Positions 33,096-46,300 of a stretch of 64,000 nucleotides of DNA are shown here, one piece after another. The DNA is from Peribolospora baueri (taxonomy: Eukaryota). The stretch lies in assembly GCA_029717555.1 (NCBI GenBank), contig JAMDHS010000089.1, positions 1-64,000 on the forward strand, in the 5' to 3' direction. Position 1 is the first letter of the stretch; every line of letters starts with the position of its first letter. Below the pieces are notes generated by a model, which worked only from the letters and a program-made list of their open reading frames with translations, ran no database searches and had not been told where the DNA came from. The position numbers and the translations under genes are program-made.

Positions 33096-36000
33096 ATGAC
33101 GCCAAGACGGCAGGACGATGGTCAGCCGGGCGATGCCCGCCAAGAACCAGGTCCGCCCCCGCCCCACGGTGAGACGACGAGAGCCGGCGAGTCGGCACCG
33201 CCAGGATCTGGGAGTGGCTCGACGGACGATTCTGCGAACATCGCCGCGCAGTATCGACGCGCCTCTTCAGCCGTACACGCTCCCGTTGGTTTCTTCGCCG
33301 CCGAGGGCGATGCCGTTCACCAAGGTTACCATCTCTCCCCGGCATCCCACTCTCCCGACTCGTCCACGCAGCACTCTTTTACGACGCACGCTCGCAAGCC
33401 GTCCTCCACCTTGCATGATCGTAGTTACCACCACGACGTGGGTAGCGGGGCGAGCGGGACGGACGACGAGATAATCCTGCACCCTTTGTCGGCCTCCACG
33501 ACAGCGGTGTTCGATCCGATCGCTCATGACGCGACATCGACTGCAAACCCCAAATTCGAGTCGTCATCGCGGCGTGAACTGGAGGGTGGCACGAAGAAAG
33601 ATGGCGCAGACACTTCCAATGGTGGAGCGCCAGAGGGAGGGTCGAATTTTGAACATCAATTGCCCTCTTCCGGTGATGGGAAGGCGGGTAGCGCCGGCGG
33701 AGATGGGGAAGCAGGGGGGAAGAGGACTGGAGACGAGAACGGAAAGAAGAAGAAGAAACGGACAGTCAAGGAACACATTTCTGAGCTTCTCTCCCCGGAA
33801 CACCTGCCTTCCAGCTTGGCATGGGTGCCCGGTGTGGTGACGAACTGGAGCAAGATGAAACCCGTGATACGCAGCTCCGTCGCGGCTTGGATCAGTCTCG
33901 TGTGTCTGATGATCCCTAAGGTGGAATTGACGTTGGGCCAGGTGAGTTAATTGCTATACACGGGGAAGTGAGGACCGTAGACAAAAGGTCCGTGTGACGC
34001 TGACCTCCAATACCCGATGCACCTTCACGCCAATGCAGGCTTCGTTTCTCGTTCTCATATGTCAGTTTCTCCTTGTCTCACTCTGTTCCCACGACGTGAC
34101 TGCTGACTCTCGTCCCTTCTTGGTTCCTTCCGTTACACTTGCCTTACAGCTGCGTTCATCTCTCCTCCGTCCGACCCTGTAGCCGCGGTCTTCGAGCGAG
34201 AGTTCTTCATCCTCCTTTTTTGCCTCTGTGCATGGGCCTATAGCTGCCTCGCTATCAAGATCGCTTCTGCCGCCAGGCACGTGAAGGTGTCTCCCAACCT
34301 GGCGAGCCCAGTCAATGTCTTCGGTGGAGATTATATTGAGGCTGCTGTGAGCGTGCTGCTTTGGCGTGTCCGCACTGGTGCTCACCTTAGCTTGATCGTT
34401 ACTAAATGCTGAATATTTTTTCGCCACTTACTTATTACCTTGCAGTCTTCAGCAATTTGCGCTGTCTTCCTTGCTTTTGGCTCAGCCGTATTTCTCTTTC
34501 TCAAGGTCAAGTTTGGGCCCAGCCCTTTCCTTTTTGCCTGCATTTTTGCTTGCATCACCCTAGACATCTCCCTCACCTACGGTGCATTGTTCCCTTATGC
34601 TTACTACTCCGTGAGCGCTCGTGCTGGACCGGTTCTGGACCGGTTGACCAAGAAGGAGCGGTTGTCGCTCAGCACAGTTGCCTTTCTTCTAATTTGCCCT
34701 CCAGGTCGGCTCGTTCGTCCTCATCCCGCTATCTGTACATGCGGCCATCGCCCTCGTTTGCTCCGTTTTCGTCTTCCCCGAGACCGTCAACGCCCAGTTC
34801 GTGAAGCGACTCGTTTCCGTCTTGACGCCCCTCAAGGAAGCCATCGCCTCCCAACCTGAACTCCTGAAGAAGTCACCCATGAGCGAAGAGTTCGAGAATG
34901 GCGTCAAGGCATTTCAGGCGAAGATCACGGCTGCCGAGGGGGCGCACATGCCGCTCGAAGCGAGTGCGAGGCTGTTGCGGAGGGAGTTTAGTTGGGGCAG
35001 GTTCAGCGGGAGCGATTTGAAGACTCTGCAGAGGTTTACCAGGACCTTGACGGTGAGTCTCGCCGCGCGCTTGCTGCTTTGCGGTTTCATTCCGAGGGCG
35101 CGCTCAAACGTCGTACTTTACTTCGTTTGCAGGTTCGAGTGGATGGGCTGGCCTTCTTTTACAAGATCATTGCCGCCGACCTGAAGCATGAACATGTTCC
35201 GGGTGCCTCGCGACAAGCCACTCCGTTTCCAACTCCGCATGGCTCCCCTGCACCATCTCGTCCTGGCACACCCGGACCTTCTCAACCCCCTTCGCCCACG
35301 CTGGGTCGGCTCACTATCGGTACACCGGTGTCGGCGACAGGGTCGCCAGTCGGTACGCCGGTACAGGAGGGCACCATTCACTTTGCGTTACCTCCGGGTT
35401 CTGCGGTTGCAGACGAAGATGCCAGGGGCACGAAGAGTCCCACGCCAAGTCTACTAAGCCGAAAGAAACGTCGACGCAGTGGCCAACGTTCTGGTCACAA
35501 GCACCACGAATTCCACCTTTTCCATCATCTCCGCAATGCCTCATCCGACGAGCCCGTAGGCGTCTTCGAGTCGCAACGGTACATGAATCTTGAGTCTAAA
35601 TTGCACCATCCGAATGCGGTGGACATCGCCGAGGAATTTGTTCAAATTCTTGCAGAAGCGTGTTCTCCCTTGTTGTCTTCTGCTGTTGATGGCATCGGGC
35701 AAGTGTGCGACTGGCTCAACGTCATCAACGCGGATCGGTTCTACGAGCTGGGGAGGGAGAGGGAGAGGATGAAGAAGAAGTCGGAGGATACACGGAAAGA
35801 GAACCAGGCGATTATGAAGAGGTTGGAGGAAAATTTGAAGAGTTTTAGAACTAAGGACAGGTGAGGGTCGTTGGCGGGTCGCCTGGCTGGCTGCTAAGGT
35901 CTTGCTTATATACTACGTGGCTGATCTTTAGCGACCGTATCGTTTCTGTGTCTGCTCAGGCTGAAAGTTCTCGAACCCTTCCGACGGTCTTTTGACTCGT

Positions 36001-38767
36001 CCTTCTCCGCCGATGGGCTCCCGGAGCTCAACCACACCGCCCCTCCCCACCGCGTTCTTTTCCAATGCTACTTTTATGAGTACCACCTCATGCGATTCAG
36101 CGAACAGCTTCTCGACCTTGTGAGTGTCCTGCAGCTCTGTACCTCGCCTCAGCCCTTGATCTCCTTTTCACAACTGTGTTGCTCACGCTCCTTCACTCAA
36201 CTTCCCACATGTGTCTGATCACAATTTTCTTTCGCAGCTCAAGGCGATCGACGACCTGGAGAATCAACGGAAACACCGCAGGTTCTGGGGGCCTCCAATT
36301 GGCTGGAAGAAGGTGCTAAGTTGGGACGTATGGGAGGCGAACGAGGAGGGTGCTGATCCTGAAGAGGACAACCCTGGTACGTTTGTCGATTCCTATCCGG
36401 GGTATTTCAGCGCTAAAGACACGGGTTTTACGATCTTTCGATAGATGTCATCCAGGGCATGGGGCAGCGCGACATTGTGCTCGGCGAAGCAAAGCCACGC
36501 GATCCGGATGCTCTACCGCCTAGTAACATGTTGGAGTATGTCGGCTACGCCCTCTTCAAGTTTTATCAGCGCCTTGGTGGCGGGAACGTCATGTTTGCTA
36601 TCAAGGCTATCGTCCTCACTGGTGTGTTTGTTGACGAACCGCTAGCGGGCCTATGCGCTGAGTCTGACTTAAACATCCGCCTCCGGCATGCGACGCATCA
36701 GCTTTAATCAGTCTACCTTCCTTCATCAAGAGTTCCGCGTCTTTCGCGTATTGTGAGTCTCTCATAATGCCTTATGTGCTGCTTGCTGTGTTTCTCTGGA
36801 GCATCCCACCTCTGATGGACTTCGGACCGGTTTTCTTGTCTACAGACAACCGCGCGATTTGGGCGATGTGAGCATTTGACGCGAGCAAGACTGGGCCAGC
36901 CCAAGGAACACACAAGACTTCCACTGACACACTCTCTTTCCAACAGTTTCCTGGCCCAGCTCACCTTGATGCGATTTAAGGGCGACACGGCGTTCGGACT
37001 CTTCTCACGTGTTGTCTCCACATTTTTCGGCGTAATCGTCGGTATGGTCATTTGGTGAGTGTGACGGCAGCCTCATTCATTGTTCCTTCGAAGTCTCCGT
37101 ACACTCATGCTCTCTTTGTGCTGTTTAGGTACATCACCGCAGGGTTAGGGAAGGGAAACCCGTACGGCCTCGGGGTTTTGATGGCTTTCGTCTTCCCTAT
37201 CCTATTCATAATCCGTCTTTACCGGCCCGGTCCGCCTATAACCAACATTATCTTCCTTGTTACCATTGCATTGGTGAGTGTTGGTACAGAGACCAAGACT
37301 GCGCCCTGCTTGGTATCTGCGCGTTGATGCGCTTTGGACATCTCGTCAGGTACTCGGGTACTCTTGGCAAGATTCACATCGACCGATGTTGTCAAACCCT
37401 GGTATGTCCGTGGAATTTTTGCGCCGGGAAGTAGTACTCTTCTAAAGACGTCACCTTTTTAACATCAATGTCATTGAGCAGGCTCGGGCTGGAACGTTGC
37501 CTGGCGAAGGTTTATCCTCGTGATCATCGGCGTTACCGCTGCTTTGTTAGTGTTTAAGTATATCTTTTATGTATCGAGGTCGAGGACAGGCAGAGTACTT
37601 ACATTTCCCTTCACTTCTTTACAGCATTTTCTCCTTCTTTCCGCCTGTGGCGACGATCCGACAGTATCAGCGGCTTTCCTACGCCACAACGATCGCCGAG
37701 CTAGGTGGCATCTACTGTGCCATTCTCTCGTTTGCCGCGATGCCTCACGAGGTCGACGCAGAGCCGAGTCAGCTCATCAAGAGTCTCATTGCCATTAGAT
37801 TGCGGCTGATTAAGACGTCGGCGAGGAGAGCGAATGTCTCCTACGAGGTAAGTGCCAATGCCTTCAGGATGCTGACAACTTGAGCGCGTAATTTCCTTAT
37901 CGGTCGGTTTCGGTCTTCCTTGTTTCGCAATAAACAGATGTCTATCCGTGGACGGTGGCCGACAGATCGCTACACTGAACTAGCGACAGTGCAGATGTGA
38001 GCTCCGCAAATTTATGGCAAGTGCCGAGTCAGCTGCGCTGACTTCAGTGTCTCATCCTTGACAGGGAAATCGCCAATTTGTTGTCGCATCTGCTTTCTGT
38101 CGCTCGGAGACTTGACCCAATTTGGTCTCGGGCGTTCTTGCGAAGAACTCGTTTCCTTGACTCTACATTCCTTGGAGACGTCCTGGCGATCATCAGTGAG
38201 TGCTGAAGGCGCATATTGCCTTTAATGCGAAGTTGTACTGATCACCTTCGCCACCGCTCTCGTGCAGCTATGTGCTCGACCGCTCTTCGCACTGCAACTC
38301 CTCTGCCGCAAATCACGCCCGCTCCGCTTATGGACCGATACCTCAGGTTCCAACATGGTCTGAACGTCCTCCGGAACGAGGGCGAAGCTGCCTACGGCCT
38401 TCCCAGGACAATTACGATGGAAGTTCTGGAGGACGAACAGTACATGTGCTTCTGTGTCGGCGTCTCGTCGGCCTTTGGCATCGTCGTCCGTCTCGACCGG
38501 CTCGTCCTGGCGACCAAAGAGCTGGTTGGAGAGCGCTTCCACGTAGAAGGCATCAGCGGATATCAGAGCCCCGGCGATGCCCTGACGGCGTGGCCTACTG
38601 ACTCCGCTGCAGCGGATCACCAGATGAGTCCGGTGGCGAGTGGCCAAGATGGGAGTGGCAGGAGCGGGATCAAAGGTACCAGCAGTCGCCGCCTTGATGC
38701 CGACTTTGAGCTTCGACCGCCGCCCTCGAGCAGGGCAGACATGGTCCGGCCGGCGCAGGACGCCTGA
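33096..38767 (+). CDS. Multi-pass ArAE/FUSC-like membrane protein (putative ER transporter, Bre4-like), very intron-rich
   Basis: WSKMKPVIRSSVAAWISLV, VFPETVN, REFSWGRFSGSDL, VGVFESQRYMNLE, PRDPDALPP, GNPYGL, LRTATPLPQITP. Many TM segments over more than 15 exons. Confidence 0.8.
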
Positions 38768-39122
38768 ATGGACGTGTAAGGAGAGTAGTGGCTTTGGATG
38801 CACATGGTGTGCAGCCCAAGTCCTTACCGTAAATAATGCCGTCCAATAACGTCGGCGGCGGTGATCATCCGAGTCCCCAAGCGCCGCTGGACGCGATTGG
38901 CGACAATGACCCGTCCATCACTTCAGTTAATTATAAGCTTTCATCTCCGTGAGTGCTTTTCGTTGGTCCACATCAAACCCGCTTTCGTCCATGATAGTCC
39001 TCTACTGTATCCCCTTCTCATGGTCTCCCTTAGCCGCGAATGGAGGGAAGATGTCCCATGTGCATCCATTCCACTATGTCCCACGTGCATGGACACTCCC
39101 CCCACTCGTTCTCCCTGTCCCC

Positions 39123-39279
39123 CGGCTCCTTCTTTCCTTCTTTCCACCATCTCTGGGTTGCCTGGATACCGCTTGTCTCCTCTTGATCCTGGTCAACGGC
39201 TCCTTCTTTCCTTCTTTCCACCATCTCTGGGTTGCCTGGATACCGCTTGTCTCCTCTTGATCCTGGTCAACGGCTCCTT
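39123..39279 (+). repeat. Perfect 74-bp tandem duplication (intergenic)
   Basis: CGGCTCCTTCTTTCC...GATCCTGGTCAA starts at 39123 and 39197, with a partial third copy at 39271. Confidence 0.93.
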
Positions 39280-39640
39280 TCACCTTCTTCTACTTGTGGG
39301 TCCACCTGCTCATGCCGGTCATAGCGCGCTATCCCGTTGTGGATGAAAACAAAAAGCTCTGCCAAATGAGGGGATGGAGGGATAGACGCACGGCTCTACC
39401 GAGCCAAATCGAATCGAGAGTTCCGGTTCACTCTTGTTCATTGGGCATTCGTCGATGACATTCGTCGATGACGACGAATACTATGTATGGCTACATCGGA
39501 CGCTGTTCTGTAAACGACCTCGTACTAAAGACACAAAGATGTTGTCTGCCGTTGAATCATTGAAAGAGGGGTAGCGAGAGAACATCCCATGGGAGGAATG
39601 GGACGATTTGACATGATGCTAAGAAAATAAGAGACCCCAC

Positions 39641-40417
39641 TTAACGGCCACCCTGGAGAGGACCTTCGCGCGCCCCAAGCGAGACGACGTTACGACCGCT
39701 GGAAAAGGAAGTAAAAGCGACGATAAAAGCGTAGATATATATTAATGGAAAGCCGACGGGAATGGAGCAAGAATACCCATACTCACGAATTCGCATCATT
39801 CTTGGTCGAGTATTTCTGAGGCTCGTCGACCGTCTGTAGCTGGCCCTTATCCAGCACCTGCATCGCCACTTCGGTGTCCTTGGATGTGCCGAATATAGTC
39901 TCCAGCTGCTGCTTAGATGGTCTTCCGAGCATTCCTTGCGAACCTTGACCCGTGTGGAAGACATCAAACGAGTCCACCACGTCTATCAGGGGGATGGACT
40001 TGTCTGCGGGAGCGCGGGGGAAGGAAATGCCATTGTGTCAGTGGAGGCGTCGCGAGGACGAAGAACTGTTCGATACGCTCAACGCTCACCGCCATTCCGC
40101 CATTTAACATACTGCAGCGGCCAAATAGCGGAGAGAAGCGCGAAGGGTCAAACGACCGTCAGCACCGAGTCCGCGCGGCAGCCCTTGCATGCAGAATACA
40201 GGAGCAAGACAACGAGGAACCCAGAATAACTCACTTCCTCGCCATTGACAATCATAATATACTCGTCCGTGCTCATAGAGTCGGGCTTGTAGACGACCCT
40301 GAGAAGGTCCATCAAAAAACAGCCGCATGACGTCGTCAGCCAGACGATTGCCGGCCGTCAAGGGAAGGAAAAAGGAGACGCTTACTTCTGGAGAGAGTGC
40401 TTGGCCTTGTGCGGCAT
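39641..40417 (-). CDS. Small SBDS N-terminal-domain protein (Rtc3/SDO1-like)
   Basis: Spliced MPHKAKHSLQK|VVYKPDSMSTDEYIMIVNGEE|..KWR..|SIPLIDVVDSFDVFHTGQGSQGMLGRPSKQQLETIFGTSKD. Confidence 0.85.
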
Positions 40418-40771
40418 GGTGGCAAGTGGTAGATGAAGGAAGAGTGCGTGGACAAGCGTTGGGAGAGGCAGAAGCCAGAAGGAGCTAGTATGGTTGAGGT
40501 GTCGTGTGGGCTGAATGATGCGGTGGAAAGGAGACGATCGAGATGATCGGCCGTCGATGCACCCCGCGACGGAGGCAGACGGAACTTGGCGGGCTTAGCG
40601 TCGACTGGCCCGGCCGGCCCGGAAGGTCATAAAGTGCCGGTGATGGATGGAGTCGCACGAAGACGACGAGGACGACGGGGACGACGACTTCTGTGCTCCT
40701 ACAACTGACATGCCAAGTTCGGCGCCTCGACTGATATAGTCTCACGCTCTCTGGTCGGTTTATGTCTAGGC

Positions 40772-42840
40772 ATGAGGCTCTTTCTTCCTCTCCTCTTTGG
40801 CCTCGCCGCAGTTTCGGCCGCTCCCGCGACGAAGCCTGCCAGCGGCGTTCCAGAGGCGCTCTTCGATGAGAACGTTCTTGCGCGAGTTTGGAGGACGGCG
40901 TTGGTGAACGCGACGGGAGGCGAATACCCTCAATACACCTTTCCTAACGCCACTGCCCAAGGAACGATTGGCGAGTACGAGCGGTTCTCTCCGAAGACGT
41001 GGACCAGCGGCTTCTTCCCCGCAGAACTCTGGCAGCTCTATCGCCGCTTCCACTTGCTCTGTCCGTCCGGAAACGCCTCGGCCAGTCCTTCCGACATCTT
41101 GCCTGATGTCCCAAACAGCGATCAGGATATTAAGAATGCTGCGCAGGTTTGGACTCGGGGCTTGCAAAGCAATACGCAGCTCACTGGCACGCACGATGTC
41201 GGTTTCCTCAGCTATCCGTTCGTGGACGATCTGTGAGGATCACAATCGATTTGGTGGATGACCGGCGTGCATGCTGTTGCTGCGAGCTTCGAGAATTTCT
41301 GCTGAGTCTTTTTCCCTCCCAAAGTAACCTTGCAGGCAATGCCTCACGGAGAGCAGACCTTGCGGACATGGGCAACAACCTCGCTGCCCGCTACGTTCCC
41401 GTCGCCGGGGTCATCCGAAGCTGGGACAGTTCACCGATGCCGTGCTCCGGAGGAGGATCGTGCCCCAGCCACAATGATAGCGTCCTCGTCATCATTGTGA
41501 GTTGAGCTCATTCTGCGCTCCTGGAGCTTTGCCAGGCCGTACCCACCTATCATACCCTTCACACTCGTCTTTCCCAGGACAACATGATGAACCTCGAACT
41601 CCTGCTCCAATCAGCAGCTGACTATACCGGAAACCAGACACACAAGGACATCGCCATCTCGCACGCGGACGAGACCATGCAAAATCATGTCAGGGTGAGC
41701 ACGGACTTGCATCACCCATGTCGTCGTCTGATTTCGTGCTCACGTGCTGTGTCTCGTCCATTCATCACCTTCAAGCCCGACGGCTCCTCATTTCATGTCG
41801 TTGATTACTCCGGCACGACGGGGCAGGTATATCTTCAACGCACCGCCCAAGGCCTCGCGGACGACTCGACATGGTCTCGCGGTCAAGGCTGGGGCGTGTA
41901 TGGCTTTGCCATGATGTACAACTACACGGGGTTGGACAGGTACAGGGAGACCAGCGTCAGGATGGCGGATTGGTATTTGGCTCATCTGCCACCTGATGGC
42001 GTGCCTTACTGGTGAGCTCTTCTTGGCCGTCTCTTTCTCTTCTGCAAGGTCCTGCCTGTTTACGGTCTGTCGTGCGGCCACGTTGGTCTCTGCGCTGCTC
42101 TTCATTTCTTAGGGACTTCAACGCTCCCCAGGACCCGTCATCGACACCGCGAGACACGTCCTCCGCGACGCTCACGTCCTCCGGCCTCTTGCTCCTCTCG
42201 TCCCTCCTCGCAACGCCTCCGCCTTCCTCCAACACGTCTGCAAACTCTTCCGGCTCGATCCACTACCGCGACGCCGCGCTCTCCTTGCTCAAATCCAGTA
42301 TCCAATGGGCTGAGGCAGACGAGATCACTCTCGCTCAGGCGGCTACGCCCGCTGAGGGAAGCAATGTCGGTTTGGTCGGAAGACCGGGTGCCGGGTTCGA
42401 GGCCATCCTGGCTCATGGGACTGTCAACAACAACGCCAATGCAACACCACAGGTGAAGGACGTTGGGATAGTGTATGGCGATTACTACTTCGTGAGTCGC
42501 TGCAAACCTCCGGCCCGCTGCGGCTGGCCAACAGAGACAGCATGTGAGCTCTGATCAGAAACGTCGATATATACCTATGCGTCTATGACAGATCGAAGCA
42601 GGCAACCAGTTGCTCTCCCTTGGTATCGCGTCTTGTCCCACAAACGCGGCCAGCCGGAACGGCTCCTCCTTACAGATTGGCAACGCAGGACTAAACGTCA
42701 CCGCCCCACTGTCTTCAACCGCGCCCAAGGGCACGGAACACGAATCGTCTGCTCGCCAGTCCTGGATGAGTAACGGGCACTTGAACGGCGCGATGGCGCT
42801 CGGGGCGGCGATGGCTGCTGGGATGTGGATGATCGTGTGA
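40772..42840 (+). CDS. Secreted GH88 unsaturated glucuronyl hydrolase-like protein, possibly GPI-anchored
   Basis: Signal peptide, WTSGFFP, THDVGF, II|DNMMNLELL, DGSSFHVVDY, TAQG..DSTWSRGQGWG.YGF, RDTSSA, YGDYYF, hydrophobic C-terminal tail. Confidence 0.9.
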
Positions 42841-43385
42841 TGTCTGTCTCTCTTGCGCGCATGTACGGACGATTTTACGTTACGTATTTCTTGGAAGAAA
42901 CGACGTCATGTCCAGGCCTCGTTGGCGACCCTCCCTCGACGGAAGACGATACGGGAGTAAATGCATTGGACAACAGCGGTGAAGGTAATTACAAATATAC
43001 GTGCGAAGAGAATGAAAATGCGGGTGTTGGATGAGGGGTAAACAAACTGTCTTCAACCAGGGACGAATGAGAAAGAGGGGTGTTGGGGGCGAGAGGGGGA
43101 CCGGGGGCCAGAGTCGCACTAGGAAGACGGGAGCTCGATGATGAGCGCGTGAAGGAGAAGCATATGTGATGAAAAAGAATGAAGTGCCTGACCACCGAGC
43201 TTGGAGCAAGGGGGACGACAGATGAACGAGAAAAGAGTCTCCGTGTCTACAAAGCTGAACGACAGGAAGACAGGATTTTAGAAGTGTCCATGGATTCCCG
43301 AGAGTGCTCTCTCTAGTCTCGACGTTGAGACCCACATGAGCGACAAGCGACAAGCTAGGATGTCTTCGTCGAGCCCTCCTCACGG

Positions 43386-46300
43386 CTAGGACGCGCCTCT
43401 TCCATCTTCTTCCTCCTCCGCCTCTTCAGGGATCCGCGACGGGCGGCCGTATCCTCTGAAGCCCGGCTCAGCGGAGCCAGCTTCAGGGTAAGAAGCAGTG
43501 GCGCCGTCGTAGATGGTCGGGGAGATGGTGCTCTCTTCCGACAAAGGGCTGCGAACGTGATCGCCTACATCGTGGGCAGGCATGGGTGGCGGTGCTTGCG
43601 TGGACGCCCGTCTGCCGGCAGAGCCTTGCGTGGCAACGCTGGAGGCGATGCTTCCGACGTCGGAGCCTGCATCGCTCTTGTCCCTGTCGGGATGTTGCTG
43701 CTGACGGTGCCGTCTTCCTCTCACACTGCGGCTCCCGGAGGACGAGGAGTTTGAAACAGAGTGGCCCAGTGACGAAGACCCGCCGCGTCCGTGTCCACTG
43801 CCACTGCCGGTGCCACTACCACTACCGCTGTGAGACGACCGCACACTGCCCTGTCGCAGGTGACCTGCCCCGTACCCGGCGGATAGGCCAGAGTAAGCGG
43901 CCTCGCTACCGCCGCCGTCTCTCGTGCTCCCGGTGCCGTTGCTGGGCTCGACACTGTGCTCGACATCATGTACGCTGGCGCGGTAGCTGCGTCTGTCGAA
44001 CGAGTCCCGAGCCGAACTCGAAGAAGCGTGACGACGCGCGTCCTGAAGCATGGCGCTGCCTTCGCCGCTGAACGCGCTCAGCCCCGTCTCCCCGGAAATG
44101 GAGCCGCTCCTGTCGTGGCCGTGGAATTGGGGCGTCCCGCGGCCGCTCCGCGGGCCGGGAGACATGGAAGGGAGGACGAGGGCGTATTGACCCATAGTGA
44201 GCCGACGCCAGCGATCACCGAGGCTCTCGATCAAAGAGGCCCTAGGCGCATACGCGGAGATGGGTGGAACGGAAGAAGTATTAGCGCCGGATGGGTCCGC
44301 AGAGGAAGACTCTGGCGGGGTCTTGTATAGTCCAGTATCCTGGCTGCCGTACGGGGGCTGGACGCCCAGGCTCCTCTGGCCCTGTGCCGATCCGGTGGGG
44401 TAGGGCCGCTTTTGCACAGAAGAGCCGCCTTCGGCGCCAGAGCCGACGACAGGGGAGGGAGACGTCTCGTGCAGACTCGCCGCCCGCCGCGCAGCCTCCT
44501 CCTCGGCAGCCAGCTCGCCGAATTCGCCCACAGCGCTAAGGGCTGGGCTACCGATCCGATGACCGACCCTGTTGCGTGAAGGACCGCTCACAGCGCCGCC
44601 GCTGCCACTGCTACTGCCCCTAGTGGCCCAGCTACTTGGCAAGCTCAAGCTGTCGGTGTGCGAGCTAGGAGCCGTGCTGCTGACCGCACTCGTTCCACTC
44701 ACGCTTCCGCCGGCCTGGATAGAAATTAATGTCGGCTGAGGCGCAGCAGCGGCGCCAATAGCTGCAGGGCCAAGCAAAGGCGTGTTGGCACCGATCCGTT
44801 CCTCGGGGTGCCGAGCGAGAAACTCGTGCTCAGCCGCGACGGAGTCGCGAGCGCCGTTTCTTCCGAAGCAGGAAGATGTTATTGATGGCGGTCGGTGGTA
44901 CACGCCTTCGCCGCCGCCCCTACGACCGCCGTTACTGTCGCGACCCGGTGCACGTTCCTCGCCTTCCCCGCGGCCGAGGGTCGACAGTCCGAGACCGGCC
45001 AGACCGACGGCGCCCATGCCTGCCACCTCGCTGGCGCCCAAACCGCCCTCGTGCCCGATGGCGCCCAAGCCGAGATCACCACTGCCGAATTTGGGAGAGC
45101 GAAAAGATGGAATACGATGGGACTCGACGTCCCCTTCGTTGAGCGGTACGTCATCGCGCGTAGCGTCGGCATCGTGTCCGGCGAGCAGGCCCGTCGATTC
45201 GGTATCTTGCCCCTCTTGGCGCACACTGCGCGAAGCCACCGCCGCCGATCCCGCTGCCGATCCTGTGGATGCGGCAAAGGGACCGAATCGGCCCGTATTG
45301 GTAGACCAAGGCGAGCTGTTGGAAGTATCAGAGGGAGAACCCTTTTGCCCACCTCTGCCGCCATTCTTACTGCCACTGCCGCCCGACTCGTTTCCGCTTC
45401 CGTCTCCACCGCTGCTGACGTTGCCGTACGTCCTTGGAGCGCGCGGAGGCGGCGGTAGGGAAGGCTTGGAAGAAGAGGTGTGGGTGTGGCTAGAGTTGGA
45501 GTTGTTGGAGCCACTCTGTGCGAGTGTTGCGCCAGCGAGGCCGAGACCGGCAGCACCGGCTAGTTCCTCGCCTCCAGCCACGGCCGAGTAGGCGTGACCG
45601 CCCCTGGGGTCGCTCATCATATCCCTCAAGCCTCGTCGCTGCGACATCTGGTCACCACCGGCTCCACTTCCCGGGTTACCGCGCCGCGCGACTGACCCGC
45701 CGGAGAGCATGGCCTCGTGCTCGTCTTCTTCTCCGCCGCTGCCCAAGTCCGGGTGGTCTTGGGCGGCACGACCGCGAGCCCTCCGGCCAGCCAGCGCGGC
45801 TGCCACGAGAGCGAGACCGCCACGGGTGCCCTTGGAACGCCTGCTCTGCGTATATGTACCCTCCTCTCCGGCGCCTTCATCCAGAACGCCCGTGCGCCAC
45901 CTTCGGAAACCGGTCGGACTGGAGGCGGCACCAAGGAAAGGCGTGATATTGTCGGCCTCGGTCATGGCACGCCTCCTGCGCGCGTTGCGGCGACGTCTCC
46001 ACACACAGCAGCAGAGGAGGAGGAGAAGCAGGGCAGCAAGAGAGCCAATGACGATGCCTGCAATCTGGCCACCCGAGAGACGAGCGGCGTAGTTGCGTGG
46101 GATGGTGCCCTGAGTGGCTGTCCCGGATGGAGGAACATTGATGATAGAGCCACTAGGAAGGGTGGAAACTGAATCGCTGGAGTGAACAGACGTCGAAGAA
46201 CGTGTCCCAGTGGTCGAAGAGCCGTGAGAATTGGTGGAGACCGATCCCCTGGACAAGGTAGAGTCTGACGCAGAGCCGGTAGTATGAGCAGAGGAGTGGC

